Assembly: GCA_965116885.1 (NCBI GenBank)
Contig: OZ220741.1
Location: forward strand, 3,456,001-3,520,000
Direction of reading: 5' to 3'
Length of the DNA stretch: 64,000 bases
DNA from: Candidatus Latescibacterota bacterium
Lineage (GTDB): Bacteria > Latescibacterota > UBA2968
Of this stretch, positions 28,602 to 41,392 are shown piece by piece. The notes below the pieces were generated by a model, which did no database searches, had not been told where the DNA came from, and saw only the letters and a program-made list of their open reading frames with translations. Both the position numbers and the translations under genes were made by a program. Numbering within the stretch: position 1 is the first letter of the stretch; each line of letters starts with the position of its first letter.

Positions 28602-30134
28602 CTAAATTTCATCGTCATCCAGAGCGCGCTGTCCTTCAAACGGTCCCCAGCGAATACGCGCTCTGGTTCTTCTATCGCTCTTGTAAATCTCTGGATCATA
28701 ATCCGGGTTTACCTTCGGGAATCGCGCCTCGACCAGTTCGAGATAGCGCATCATCTCATCGTAGAGTTTCTGGTGTGTTTCCGGATTTTGCTTTGCAATA
28801 TTGGCAACCTCGCCAATGTCGCCAGAAAGGTCGAACAACATCGGGATATCTGGTCGTTCGTAAAAATGGATCACTTTGGATGAACCGGAAATAATGACCG
28901 AATGCGGTACAGAATTTCGATAATGGGGATAATGGAAATAGAGATAGCGATTTAGAAAGGCATCGTCCGGCTCTTTTCCCGCCATGTAATCCGCGAGGCT
29001 GACACCGTCGATGTTTTGCAATTCTGCCGAGTCGCCACCAGCCCAATCGACGAAGGTGGGTAAGAAGTCATAGTTGATCACGTTGCCGGTAAAAGCTGAA
29101 CCAGGTTTGATCCCGGGACCTTTGACTATCATAGGTACCCGGATGCCGCCATCCCACAACCACCACTTTGTCGCGTGTAACGGTTGCTTGTAGTCCGGTA
29201 TGATTTCGACTTCTTCGTGTCGGTAGCCGTTGTCACCCACTACGATGACATAGGTGTTATCCTCGATTCCCAGTTCCCTGAGCTTGTCGAGCACTGCGCC
29301 GATCCGACCATCCAGGTCCTCACCCATTCCCAACCAGATTGCGGGATCATCTCCCCGGTTGACTGTGTCGGGATGTTTGTTGTTTTTCTTGTACCACTCC
29401 TGCACCAGTGGGTGATTCACATACTTTTCACGCGTTTTATCCAGGCATTCATAACCCGCATGCATGGCATAATGAGATATCTGAAGGTAAAAGGGATTGC
29501 TTTTTTCTACCTGTTCTTCCATGAAGCCGATAGCCTTTTCAGTAATGCTGAACATCAACTTGGGATCGGCCATATCTTTGGGCAGGCGCCTGGGCGTCCG
29601 CTCGCCTCTCTCCAGGTCGTACTTCAGGGTATTGCCGGGATTATTATCGGTAGCACCATCGTGTAATACGTAGCCCGCCTTTGCAGGATCGCCCCTCATG
29701 TGCCATTTGCCAATGTGGGCGCTGACATAACCCAGTGGCTTGAGAGCTTTGGGAATGGTAACTGCGTCTTCGTCGAGTTCTCGGTCGGACACGTTCGGAA
29801 CCAGCGGAAAATGCCGATATTCCCTTTTCGTGTCGTAGTAAGGCTCTCTTGCCCCCAAATATACCGTGAAACCACTGTGTGGCGCAGACTGTCCCGTCTG
29901 CACACACACACGAGCAGGTGCACATTGCGGTGCTCCATAGGCATTGCCAAATTTCATTCCGTCATTTGCCAGTTTTTGGATGTTCGGCATTTGCAAGACC
30001 GGCATGAGGGAATTCTCCATGGTGTCATCCATGGCAACCGGTGATCCGTTCCAGGCCCAGTCGTCTATATAAAACATGACAATGTTGGGCCTCGCTTGTT
30101 GCTCCTTCAAACAATTTTTCTTTGGCATTATCAC
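28602..30134 (-). CDS. Sulfatase
   Basis: [31 protein letters not shown]. Confidence 0.92.
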   Translation of the reverse strand: MIMPKKNCLKEQQARPNIVMFYIDDWAWNGSPVAMDDTMENSLMPVLQMPNIQKLANDGMKFGNAYGAPQCAPARVCVQTGQSAPHSGFTVYLGAREPYYDTKREYRHFPLVPNVSDRELDEDAVTIPKALKPLGYVSAHIGKWHMRGDPAKAGYVLHDGATDNNPGNTLKYDLERGERTPRRLPKDMADPKLMFSITEKAIGFMEEQVEKSNPFYLQISHYAMHAGYECLDKTREKYVNHPLVQEWYKKNNKHPDTVNRGDDPAIWLGMGEDLDGRIGAVLDKLRELGIEDNTYVIVVGDNGYRHEEVEIIPDYKQPLHATKWWLWDGGIRVPMIVKGPGIKPGSAFTGNVINYDFLPTFVDWAGGDSAELQNIDGVSLADYMAGKEPDDAFLNRYLYFHYPHYRNSVPHSVIISGSSKVIHFYERPDIPMLFDLSGDIGEVANIAKQNPETHQKLYDEMMRYLELVEARFPKVNPDYDPEIYKSDRRTRARIRWGPFEGQRALDDDEI

Positions 30135-30159
30135 AATCCTCTAATCCTCAAAATAGACA

Positions 30160-31434
30160 TCAGTTCATCTTCAATTCATCAATATTATTCCGCAATTTTT
30201 GGAACGCTTCGAGAATGAGGTCCATGTTTTCGCGCGGTCCGAGAAGTATGCGATGCGTGAGATCAAGGGCTTCGGTTTCGTGAATGCGCTCGGCTTCGGG
30301 ACAATAGACTTTGGTGTAGTCGATGGGATCCGCCTGGTACAATGGGCAGCGGATTGGACAGCCTGTTTCGCCCCATTTGCCGCTGGCAAACATGCTAAAT
30401 TGATAGAGGGGCTTTGTCGGGCCAATGCCACAGGGTACGCCTTCGGCCTGGAGTGCTTTGCGGAATCGTTCGCGGTGGATGCCTTCAAATTCTTCGGAGA
30501 TAAATTTGAAGTGCCAGCGATAGGGGTTCCAGCGGGTGACGCGCTCGTCAATGTCGAGGCCAGTGAGTCCGGGAATAGATTCCATTCCTTTGTGGAGATA
30601 CTTGAGATTTTCCCACCGGATTTCTGCCTGTTCTTCGAGGCGGGTGAGTGCGATCAGGCCGATGGCCGCTTCAAATTCGCCCAGTCTCAAGGTTGTGGCA
30701 GGCCAGGTGAAGTTCATACTTTCTTCGCCTCTGTCTCGGCCTGCGTGATGATACCGAAAGGCTTTTTCGTACAGGCTTTCGTCTTTGGTCATCACCACGC
30801 CGCCTTCGCCTATGGCGAGCACTTTGCCGGGCATGCAGGAGAAGCCAGCAATGTCGGCTTGAGAGCCCACGCCTTTGCCTCTCCATTGTCCGCCGTGCGC
30901 ATGAGAACAGTCGCTGACCAGGCCGATGTTGTGTTTGCGGCAGATGTCACTTAGAGCATCTGTGTCGCAGGGCATGCCGCCCATATCTACGGCAACGACT
31001 GCCCGGGTGCGCGGCGTGATGAGGGCTTCTACGCTTTTGGGGTCGATGGTGTAGTTGCGTGGGTCGATGTCGGCAAAGATGGGAATGCCATTGCAAATCA
31101 TGACGCAGGACGCGGATGCGATATAAGTTGACGCGGGGACAATGACTTCACAGCCAGCTTCGACGCCGAGGGCGCGCAAGCAGGTTTCGAGTGCTGTGGT
31201 GCCTGTGGAGACAGCAAGCGCGTATTTGCTGTCGTGAAATTCTGCAAAGGCCTTTTCAAATGCGTAGAGTTTGCTGTCGCCATGGTTGTAATAGTCAAAG
31301 CCACTGCGTCCCCATTTGTGACTGCGAAGGACGCCGACAACGGCTTTTTCTTCGCGTTCATCGTGAACCGGCCAGGGTTGGCGCAGGTCTCTATTCACCG
31401 TTTTTGAACCACCGTTGATTGCGAGTTCAGGCAT
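30160..31434 (-). CDS. DegT/DnrJ/EryC1/StrS aminotransferase
   Basis: Start moved to MPELAINGG; STGTTAL, DCSHAHG, FSCMPGKVL..GEGG. Confidence 0.9.
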   Translation of the reverse strand: MPELAINGGSKTVNRDLRQPWPVHDEREEKAVVGVLRSHKWGRSGFDYYNHGDSKLYAFEKAFAEFHDSKYALAVSTGTTALETCLRALGVEAGCEVIVPASTYIASASCVMICNGIPIFADIDPRNYTIDPKSVEALITPRTRAVVAVDMGGMPCDTDALSDICRKHNIGLVSDCSHAHGGQWRGKGVGSQADIAGFSCMPGKVLAIGEGGVVMTKDESLYEKAFRYHHAGRDRGEESMNFTWPATTLRLGEFEAAIGLIALTRLEEQAEIRWENLKYLHKGMESIPGLTGLDIDERVTRWNPYRWHFKFISEEFEGIHRERFRKALQAEGVPCGIGPTKPLYQFSMFASGKWGETGCPIRCPLYQADPIDYTKVYCPEAERIHETEALDLTHRILLGPRENMDLILEAFQKLRNNIDELKMN

Positions 31435-32671
31435 TGGAGTGTTCCTTGTGGGATGAATTATCGTGCAGTTTCGTGAGTAAGGTTTGTGTTTCGTCAATCC
31501 AGCGTTCACCTGTGCCGGGAACGACGCAGGCGCGGTTGTATTCGAGTGGGTCGCTTGGATAGGGGATAACGCCGTAGCCTCCGAAATTATACGCGCGGCG
31601 ATTTGGCACATAGCCACATGATCCCTGGGAATAGCCCATGACAATCGTGCGCGCAAAGGGGGATGACGATTGGGTGGATAGAGATAGCTCGATGAAGGGT
31701 TCACCTTGCCAGAAGACGAGTGATAGGTCGTCGCTTATGCAGATGACGGGGATTTCGATTCGGATGGTTTTTTCGTTTGTGTATCGGTTGGGGAGTGTGT
31801 CTTGCCAGCGCGCTACTTTAAGTGAAAGATTTGTTTCTGGCCTTGCTTGTGTCCAGGCAACGATGGCTTCTCTGGCGAGCGCTTTGCCCATTTCTTCGAC
31901 CGTATCGTAATTGTCTCTGGGTTCCTGAATCGGAAGGATGTTGCCACATGCCCCTTGTAGAAATATTGAGAAGGGTACAGATGTGCCTGCTTCAAAGTGG
32001 TGACAGGTTGCGCCGGGATATTCGGCGGTGAAGAGTCGATTGGCGGTCATCATGATGACGGGATGAGCGGCAAAGTGGATTGCGGTCGCGATGGGTTGGC
32101 CCTGGGGTGTGTCGAATCGCAGGACAGTGACTGCGGGGTCAACAGGGCCGTTGGGGAGTTTTTCGGGATTGAGGTTAAACGATTTAAAGCTGCCGTCGGG
32201 CAATATCTGGCGTCTGTTGTAGGCGAGGTCGGTGTTGACAGCGCCTGTTGAGAGTGTGGCGGGTTTGAGATTGGTTAGAGACTCGACAGCAGCCTCGACA
32301 ACTTGCTTTCTTATGTGAACAATCGCATGATCTTCGGGGCTTCCGCCAAAGTAATAGATGCATTCTGGGCCACTGTGATTGTGGGTGCTACACAGGATCA
32401 GGTTTTCGGGCGGAAGATCGGATTGTGCGGCAAAAGCATCGCGCATGGCATCGACGTCGATCCACTGAAAGCTCAGGAGGTCTGCCGAGCAAATGACGAT
32501 GGTGGTCGTATCGTCAGACAGGGCCAGTGCTTTGACGTATAATGGATCATGGATGCCTTCTGCAATGCGGGGTTGCATGGGCGAGCGGTTTACGGGAAAA
32601 GCACCCATGGCAGATCCCGTAGATGGTGTGATGTCTCGTTGTGCTGTACCAATTTTTATTATGTCTGCCAA
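31427..32671 (-). CDS. Neutral/alkaline ceramidase-like amidohydrolase
   Basis: DITP, HDPLYVKAL, THNHSGP, NRR, FAAHP, FLQGACGN, GYVP..GGY. Confidence 0.8.
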   Translation of the reverse strand: MADIIKIGTAQRDITPSTGSAMGAFPVNRSPMQPRIAEGIHDPLYVKALALSDDTTTIVICSADLLSFQWIDVDAMRDAFAAQSDLPPENLILCSTHNHSGPECIYYFGGSPEDHAIVHIRKQVVEAAVESLTNLKPATLSTGAVNTDLAYNRRQILPDGSFKSFNLNPEKLPNGPVDPAVTVLRFDTPQGQPIATAIHFAAHPVIMMTANRLFTAEYPGATCHHFEAGTSVPFSIFLQGACGNILPIQEPRDNYDTVEEMGKALAREAIVAWTQARPETNLSLKVARWQDTLPNRYTNEKTIRIEIPVICISDDLSLVFWQGEPFIELSLSTQSSSPFARTIVMGYSQGSCGYVPNRRAYNFGGYGVIPYPSDPLEYNRACVVPGTGERWIDETQTLLTKLHDNSSHKEHSNA

Positions 32672-32725
32672 GGCTCAGATATCCTGTTTTGTATTCGAAC
32701 CATCTTCCTTCTGTTGAAACGCTGC

Positions 32726-34141
32726 TTAAAGCGTCAGCGCATTCCACGGTTGTGTCGGGTAATCCACCCACTGTTTTGATCCGCGCTCAAACGCCCACCG
32801 ATACTCAGCGATTGCGCCTGCTTGTAGTTCTGCAATTCGCGGTGCATGTGCCGGGTCATTTGCCAAATTTACAAACTCATACGGGTCTTCAGCAATGTGA
32901 TAAAGCTCTGGTCCATAAGGTCCATGAATATATTTCCAGTCTTGCGTGCGAATGCTCAGGCTCAAATCTCGCGGATACTGTAACTCCGTAATCGCCACCT
33001 TCCGTTCCCGTTCACGACCATCAAATAGTGCCTTCAAACTCATGCCGGGTAAATGCAGGGGAATATCCATCCCCGCAAAATCGAATGCTGTAGGTAGTAC
33101 ATCCAACAGGTTCACAAGTGAATCGTTCACCAAACCCGTTTGAAATCCCTTTGGCGGTTTCACAATGAATGGAATGCGAATGGCCTGTTCGTAGAGGTTG
33201 TATTTCGAAAATGCGGTTACCCCTCGCGATCCCAACAGTTCACCGTGGTCAGAGAGAAAAATGATCAGCGTGTCATCGTACAATTCATTGCGATCCAGGG
33301 CGTCTATCACTTGCTGATGACTCCGGTCGCAGGCTGTGACAAAAGCCATGTAATTTGCAATCGCATCTCGCAGTTCTTCTCGCTCTAATCCGACAAAATT
33401 GGGATAAGCATCTCTATCGGGTAAATTATCCGGCGGTTCTGGTGGTAACGCAACGTCGGCAGGGTCATATAAATCTGCCAAATTAGCTGGCGTTACATGA
33501 GGTGCATGAGGCCCTGACAAACTGCAAATCATGAAAAACGGATTGTCCTTGTTTTCTTCCACAAAGGCAGCGGCCTGTCCGCCGACCCACCAGTCGCGCG
33601 TTTGCTCTAATCTCAAGCTGGTCGTAAATCCCTTAAATGCCGCCGCACAATTGTCTCCACCCCGACCAATTCCACGCGCTTCTCGCTCGCCCGTCCCCGT
33701 CTCCACCCAATCCCGATGTTCCGCCACAAAGTGGCTGTCCATACGCTCGCCCGTCTCGTGAAACGGCCCTGCCCGATGATCAAATCCGTAATAGTTGTCG
33801 CGTTCAATAGCCGCCTGATACGGTATTGTATGCATCTTGCCAAAGGCACCCGTTACAAAACCCGCCTGTCCAAACGCCTTTCCCATTGTCCACTCGGGGA
33901 TTTGTGCGGGATTCAGTAAATGCCGATTGGAATAAATCCCCGACTGAAATGCATATCGCCCGTGCAACATCGAATGCCTACTCGGCAAACACGGCGATAC
34001 AGCACACGTTGCCTGCGTAAACCGCATGCCCTCCTGGGCCAAACGATCATACGCTGGTGTCTGCAACCCCGGATAACCCGCACATCCGAGAAAGGAATGC
34101 GCGTGCTGGTCGTTCATTAAAATCACAACATTCATAACCAT
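32726..34141 (-). CDS. Sulfatase (choline-sulfatase-like)
   Basis: VVILMNDQH, CLPSR, GKMH, PHAP, SDHG. Confidence 0.92.
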   Translation of the reverse strand: MVMNVVILMNDQHAHSFLGCAGYPGLQTPAYDRLAQEGMRFTQATCAVSPCLPSRHSMLHGRYAFQSGIYSNRHLLNPAQIPEWTMGKAFGQAGFVTGAFGKMHTIPYQAAIERDNYYGFDHRAGPFHETGERMDSHFVAEHRDWVETGTGEREARGIGRGGDNCAAAFKGFTTSLRLEQTRDWWVGGQAAAFVEENKDNPFFMICSLSGPHAPHVTPANLADLYDPADVALPPEPPDNLPDRDAYPNFVGLEREELRDAIANYMAFVTACDRSHQQVIDALDRNELYDDTLIIFLSDHGELLGSRGVTAFSKYNLYEQAIRIPFIVKPPKGFQTGLVNDSLVNLLDVLPTAFDFAGMDIPLHLPGMSLKALFDGRERERKVAITELQYPRDLSLSIRTQDWKYIHGPYGPELYHIAEDPYEFVNLANDPAHAPRIAELQAGAIAEYRWAFERGSKQWVDYPTQPWNALTL

Positions 34142-34155
34142 TCTCCATCGAGCAA

Positions 34156-35625
34156 TCAGTAAATATATCGCACCCGCCTGAACTCACCGAGCATCGGGTC
34201 CTTCACGCGTTCCATGTGATCTTGCATGCATTGCATCAGAGATTCCTGCAATGTCTTGTGTGTCTCGAGACCGTAGAGGTTGTGCAATTCGTGCGGATCG
34301 TTTTCGAGGTCATAAAGCTCTCCAATATCCGATTGATTAAACGCGAATTTGTGCGTCCTGGTGCGCACCATACGAGACTTGTGCTCCTGAATCTGACCGT
34401 TGAACTGACAGTACACGCTGTCACGCCCCGTCGGTTCATCCTCTCCTTTCAACAGCGAAAGAATGCTCTGCGTGTCGGGTACAATATCGGGTTGCAGACC
34501 TGCGGCTTCCAAAAAACTCGGAAACAGATCCTGCAGATAGACAAATTCGTCGTTCTCTCTGCCTGGCTGACGGCATTCGGGATGCGCTGCGATTAGAGGC
34601 AGGCGAAAACTTTCCTCATCAAAATAAGGCCCTTTTTCAAACAGCTTGTGTGCCCCCATATTGTCTCCGTGATCGGTGGAAAATACAACAAGTGTGTTTT
34701 CCGCCAGGCCGAGCGTTTCCAACTCGGAAAGCATCTGCCCAACCAGATCATCGATCATCGTCATATACCCCCAGTAGCGCGCCGTAATCTCCGCCCATTC
34801 GTCCCAGTTGTTGGGATCAATCCCCCAATAGCGAGAGACCAGAGTCTGAACATAGGGACGATTCTCCAGCGTATCGCAGAAACTCGGGTCCTCCGGAATG
34901 GACTTCGGGTCGTACATCGAGTAATACGGTTCCGGCACGATACACGGACTGTGCGGGCCCCAGAAATTGGTCCAGATAAAAAAGGGATCTTCTTCCTGTG
35001 CATACGCCCGCATAAGCTCAACCGTTTCCGAGGCAACCATGGCTTCGAAATTGTGTTCAATAGTTCCGGCATGGAGGCCGTGCAATTCCCGATTTCGCTG
35101 CCCTGGATTTCCCTGAGCATAGAACGCTTCTATAAGCTCTGGCGGTTCCAGGTTCTTCTCGTTCAAATAGTCCAGGTAATTCCTCGCAATCTGGGAATTC
35201 TCCCGCGCACCGCTCTTGATACCTGGCATATTGATATTGGATGCGGGATAGCCATATCCGGGAAAATCGCGTTTACAGCGAAATCCCCAATCACTTGGAT
35301 TCCTCTGGTGATCTACATGCCACTTTCCAGCATACCCCAGGTTGTATCCTGCCCGGGGTAGCTCTGTCGCGAAATTGGGAAGCGACTGATCCAACTGCCC
35401 ACCGTTGGTTTCAACCCCGGTAATGTGACCGTACCGACCTGTAAATAGCGCGGCTCGACCGGGCGCACATGGGATGATAAGCGGAAATGCATTGTTGAAG
35501 CGCACACCCCGGCTTGATAGGTTGTCAATATGTGGTGTTCTGCACTGGGAGGCACCATAACACCCCAGCAGATCCCAGCGCTGTTGATCCGTTAGAATGA
35601 GCAGAATATTCGGTTTCTCTTGCAT
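34156..35625 (-). CDS. Sulfatase
   Basis: Start moved to MQEKPNILLILTDQQR (GAGG RBS); CAPGR, GKWH, TDHG. Confidence 0.92.
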   Translation of the reverse strand: MQEKPNILLILTDQQRWDLLGCYGASQCRTPHIDNLSSRGVRFNNAFPLIIPCAPGRAALFTGRYGHITGVETNGGQLDQSLPNFATELPRAGYNLGYAGKWHVDHQRNPSDWGFRCKRDFPGYGYPASNINMPGIKSGARENSQIARNYLDYLNEKNLEPPELIEAFYAQGNPGQRNRELHGLHAGTIEHNFEAMVASETVELMRAYAQEEDPFFIWTNFWGPHSPCIVPEPYYSMYDPKSIPEDPSFCDTLENRPYVQTLVSRYWGIDPNNWDEWAEITARYWGYMTMIDDLVGQMLSELETLGLAENTLVVFSTDHGDNMGAHKLFEKGPYFDEESFRLPLIAAHPECRQPGRENDEFVYLQDLFPSFLEAAGLQPDIVPDTQSILSLLKGEDEPTGRDSVYCQFNGQIQEHKSRMVRTRTHKFAFNQSDIGELYDLENDPHELHNLYGLETHKTLQESLMQCMQDHMERVKDPMLGEFRRVRYIY

Positions 35626-35647
35626 ACTTGTGTCCTCACAATTTTTC

Positions 35648-36511
35648 CTAACTCGCCATCGCCAGTATCCGATCTTCATCTATCAGGAATTCTTTCGGTA
35701 AATCGAGGGGGTGGCCGTTTTTACACACGGGCAAATAATCCAGATATTTATTTCCAGGACGGAGCGCTCGCATCCAGGATACATCGCGTTTGGCGATAAA
35801 CGTCCCTGCCAGACCGATGCGTTGTTTGTCTGAGCGGTTTGGACCGCTATAGTGCAGTGCATTTTGATGCCATACCAGAATATCTCCGGGTTCCATTTCA
35901 CAGGCCACCGCGTCCTGTTTCGGGTTATAGCCGTGATCGCGCGGATCCACTTCCGTGAGCTTATTGCCCTGCCGCTGGTGTGCAATGCGTCCCAGTTTCT
36001 GGGAAAAAGGAATTAGCTGTAAGCATCCATTCTCTTTTGTTGCCCGATCAATTGCAATCCAAAAATCAAACATCACAGGCTCGTTGGGATCATAGGGGGC
36101 TGGGGGCATGTTCCAGGCCGCAGAATCCTGATGCCAGGGAGTAATAGAGCCGTGCCTGGGGGGTTTTAGAAAGAAGCCGCCGGCGTTTACACAAAAGTCA
36201 TCCTGTAAAACAGAGCGCACCAGCCCGACGGTTCGCGGATTTGAAATCATCTTTTTCCAGAGCGTTTCATTGTGATACGCCGGACTATTTAATCGATAAA
36301 ATCGGTGCAGTGGATTCCCGGCATTCGGCCGGTCCTCCTTCACATGCCCGATTCCCAAATGCTCGTATATGTCGGCGTGTTCGGCAATAAATCGAACGCG
36401 CTCTTTGATTATGGGTATATCGTCGCGGTTCAACAATCCCTGAAAGATGAAATATCCCTTGTCCAGCAATTCCCGGTTCCAATTTTTGTCGCGTATCTCG
36501 TCTCTTTTCAT
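35648..36511 (-). CDS. PhyH family dioxygenase
   Basis: WHQD, NGCLQLIPFS, HYSGPNRS..RIG. Confidence 0.9.
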   Translation of the reverse strand: MKRDEIRDKNWNRELLDKGYFIFQGLLNRDDIPIIKERVRFIAEHADIYEHLGIGHVKEDRPNAGNPLHRFYRLNSPAYHNETLWKKMISNPRTVGLVRSVLQDDFCVNAGGFFLKPPRHGSITPWHQDSAAWNMPPAPYDPNEPVMFDFWIAIDRATKENGCLQLIPFSQKLGRIAHQRQGNKLTEVDPRDHGYNPKQDAVACEMEPGDILVWHQNALHYSGPNRSDKQRIGLAGTFIAKRDVSWMRALRPGNKYLDYLPVCKNGHPLDLPKEFLIDEDRILAMAS

Positions 36512-36534
36512 AATAGATTTCCTCTGTTAATAGC

Positions 36535-37689
36535 CTAATCTGCCAGCCCATCCTGGTTTTCATCGTCTATGCCGGCATAGGGGCTTTCGACGATGGCCTC
36601 CCAAGCCACCCGACGCATAATCCTATCAACCCGTTCGGGGATCCCTTCAGGCACGTAATCGGCGATGGTTTCCGGACTTCTCCGGTAAAGCATTCCGAAG
36701 TACATATATCCCGCCAGTTGCTCAATCCCACTTGTTCTGGATAGGTGACCGCCGTCTCGATAGATCCCGCGTTTGCCGGCTTGACCTCGGTTTTCATCAA
36801 TGCAGTCAAATTCGGGAAGCTTCCCTTCATGGTACAACCGGATCATTTTCATAACGGCTTCTCCTGCTGGGATCATGTGAACTTTTCCAGGGTACTTCTC
36901 TTCCAAATGGGTGTATAGCAGTTCATCGATGGTTTTTTGCAGGTATTTGTGGTCGGCTTCCAGGCTGGCCATTACCTCATCGGGTTGCTTTTCCTTGTAA
37001 GCGGGAAGATGTCGTGGCCATCCGTCCTGGATGTAGAATCTCATTTCGGGATTGTTCTCAAGGCAGAAGTCGATCCACTGTGTGTAATACTCGGGCAGGT
37101 CATCGTAATAACAGCCCCAGGTCATGACGTCCCATTCGCCAGTTGCAATCGCGGGCAGCAAAATGGGCGCGGGGGGTGTGTCTTCGTTCCATTTGCCGAA
37201 TTCCTTGAGCCATATTGCATTGGCGGCTCCCGTCGATCCGCCCCCTCCGTGGACGCGCTGGCGATGGCCCGTGTATCCCGCCGCCCCGGCAATTTCGATG
37301 AGCTTGTTTCGGCCAGGTGCGACCCAGCTATGTCCTGTCATTACGATTCGAAGTCCATTCCCTTTTTCAAAGGATAGGGGACCTCGCTGTGCCGAGTTTT
37401 TCCCCATTTCTATGAATTTGACGAATTCGGCTTTGTCCGGTTTGTGAATCAGGGTCTTTTGAATCCGCGCGCCAGTCCGGTTGGGTTGTGTGCTGTTTGG
37501 CCCTATTGTTTCGGCCTGATATGCGCGCCATTCCGCTGCTGTAAGGATTCCGTCCTTATTCTTATCCGCCTTCGGGTACTGCGTCAGGAATCTTTTGAAA
37601 CGCGGATCCGTCTCCGATGTTCTCTGTTGCGCCAAAGCCTGTCCCATAAAACAGCAAAGGCAAAATACAAAGATGAATTTTGTTCTCAT
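36535..37689 (-). CDS. Secreted protein with EF-hand-like loop and SGNH-like hydrolase domain
   Basis: Signal peptide from MRTKFIF (AGGAG RBS); DKNKDGILTAAE; MTGHSW and RDGGH motifs. Confidence 0.6.
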   Translation of the reverse strand: MRTKFIFVFCLCCFMGQALAQQRTSETDPRFKRFLTQYPKADKNKDGILTAAEWRAYQAETIGPNSTQPNRTGARIQKTLIHKPDKAEFVKFIEMGKNSAQRGPLSFEKGNGLRIVMTGHSWVAPGRNKLIEIAGAAGYTGHRQRVHGGGGSTGAANAIWLKEFGKWNEDTPPAPILLPAIATGEWDVMTWGCYYDDLPEYYTQWIDFCLENNPEMRFYIQDGWPRHLPAYKEKQPDEVMASLEADHKYLQKTIDELLYTHLEEKYPGKVHMIPAGEAVMKMIRLYHEGKLPEFDCIDENRGQAGKRGIYRDGGHLSRTSGIEQLAGYMYFGMLYRRSPETIADYVPEGIPERVDRIMRRVAWEAIVESPYAGIDDENQDGLAD

Positions 37690-37727
37690 CGGCTGCTCCT
37701 TCGTGTTAGAAGATGGAAATACTATTG

Positions 37728-37753
37728 ACAATATAGCTTCCGATACCGGTCAT
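37728..37753. repeat. 26-bp direct repeat, copy 1
   Basis: ACAATATAGCTTCCGATACCGGTCAT; 24/26 identical to 38916-38941. Confidence 0.75.
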
Positions 37754-37764
37754 CCTTTGCGTAT

Positions 37765-38796
37765 TTACTCTATGTTCTCCATAGCCTGACGGCGACGGCG
37801 ACGGGCAAGTTCTCGCAGATCCACAACCTCATCTGTCTCATCCACAATTTCACGTCCGATTATCGCTTCAAGCACGTCTTCCAGGGTCACCACACCAGCC
37901 AATCCACCGTATTCATCGATCGCGACAAACAGATGTTGCCTGCGCTCGAGAAACATGCGCAACACCCGATCCAATGTCAGCGTTTCCACCACAAAGTGCG
38001 CGCCATGTGAGAGACTTTGAACGGGAATATCTTCGCGACCTTCGGCAGCCGACGATAAAATATCCCGACGGTACACGATCCCAACGACATCCTCGGTATC
38101 TTCATCTACTATGGGAATGCGATTATATGATGGAACACCATCTTGCAACACCTCATTTACTTTTTGCTGGGCTTGAAGCGAATAAACGACCGTGCGCGGT
38201 GTCATTATTTCCTGAACTGTTTTCTCTTTTAACAATAGAATATTCTGAATAGCACTGCCTTCTTCTGCATTAATGGTTCCCGCATGTCGCCCCATATTTA
38301 CCAATGCTATGAGTTCCTCTGAAGACACGACATGTTCAACTTTACCATGAGATATTAGCCGCGTCACAAATTGGCACAGCCAGATAAGCGGTGCTTGTAT
38401 CCAGATCAAGAACTGGATGGGATAGGCAATCAAGGACACGAGGTGCCGGGCATAAACCACGCCAATTGTCTTTGGAATAATCTCAGAAAATAAAAGTATC
38501 ACCAGGGTGAATACCACTGAAAAATGCGGCAACCACGGCTCACCCAGAACTTCTGCCGCTGCCGCGCCAGCAAGGGCGGCGCCACCCGTATGTGCAATTG
38601 TGTTAAGGGAAAGGATACCCGCAATAGGCACATCCACATTTTCTCTAAACTTTTTCAATAACCGGCCAGAAACACTGCCCGTTTTTGCCAGTGATTCGAT
38701 ATGCCCAATAGGAACTGAATACAATGCCGCTTCAAAAAGTGAACACATAAAAGAAAAGAAAACGGCAAAACTCGCAAAAAAAATCAATTCAAACAT
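37765..38796 (-). CDS. CNNM/DUF21-CBS domain protein (hemolysin/CorB-like metal transporter)
   Basis: SFMCSLFEAA, LNTIAHT, SEIIPKT, IMTPR, DEYGGLAGVVTLEDVLE. Confidence 0.92.
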   Translation of the reverse strand: MFELIFFASFAVFFSFMCSLFEAALYSVPIGHIESLAKTGSVSGRLLKKFRENVDVPIAGILSLNTIAHTGGAALAGAAAAEVLGEPWLPHFSVVFTLVILLFSEIIPKTIGVVYARHLVSLIAYPIQFLIWIQAPLIWLCQFVTRLISHGKVEHVVSSEELIALVNMGRHAGTINAEEGSAIQNILLLKEKTVQEIMTPRTVVYSLQAQQKVNEVLQDGVPSYNRIPIVDEDTEDVVGIVYRRDILSSAAEGREDIPVQSLSHGAHFVVETLTLDRVLRMFLERRQHLFVAIDEYGGLAGVVTLEDVLEAIIGREIVDETDEVVDLRELARRRRRQAMENIE

Positions 38797-38915
38797 CTGA
38801 TAACTCCTCTCTGTCTAAAATGATTTAGTATATGTCTTTTCGGGCTAATTCTCTATCTGGAGTCAGATTTTCCAGAATAATCTGTAAGGTTCAAATCGTG
38901 GCTGTTGTTATCGTA

Positions 38916-38941
38916 ACAATATAGTTTCCAATACCGGTCAT
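38916..38941. repeat. 26-bp direct repeat, copy 2
   Basis: ACAATATAGTTTCCAATACCGGTCAT; see 37728-37753. Confidence 0.75.
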
Positions 38942-39013
38942 TTCCAGCGAAACTTTCTCTATGCCCAAGAACAAATCGGTCACATGGGCCAACCCGACGC
39001 GAAGTTGAATTAA

Positions 39014-41266
<2,253 letters not shown>

Positions 41267-41295
41267 TTTCAAAGACCTGGACCGCAAGTCCTTGC

Positions 41296-41328
41296 AGGGG
41301 AGGACACCGAATGCTGGTGTCCTCCCCT
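41296..41328 (+). terminator. Stem-loop after katG (terminator or REP-like)
   Basis: AGGGGAGGACACC-gaatgct-GGTGTCCTCCCCT, a 13-bp perfect stem; only a weak T tail. Confidence 0.6.
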
Positions 41329-41392
41329 TATGTCTTGTTGAGAAATTGAGTCGTATGTCCTGTTTCGTTCATTCCACAAGTAGAAGAACACT

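Noticed and set aside
1..38800. Bona fide integron / CALIN
   Set aside because: No tyrosine recombinase, and no spacer shows both complementary attC arms; only weak half-site resemblances, reported as a low-confidence finding.
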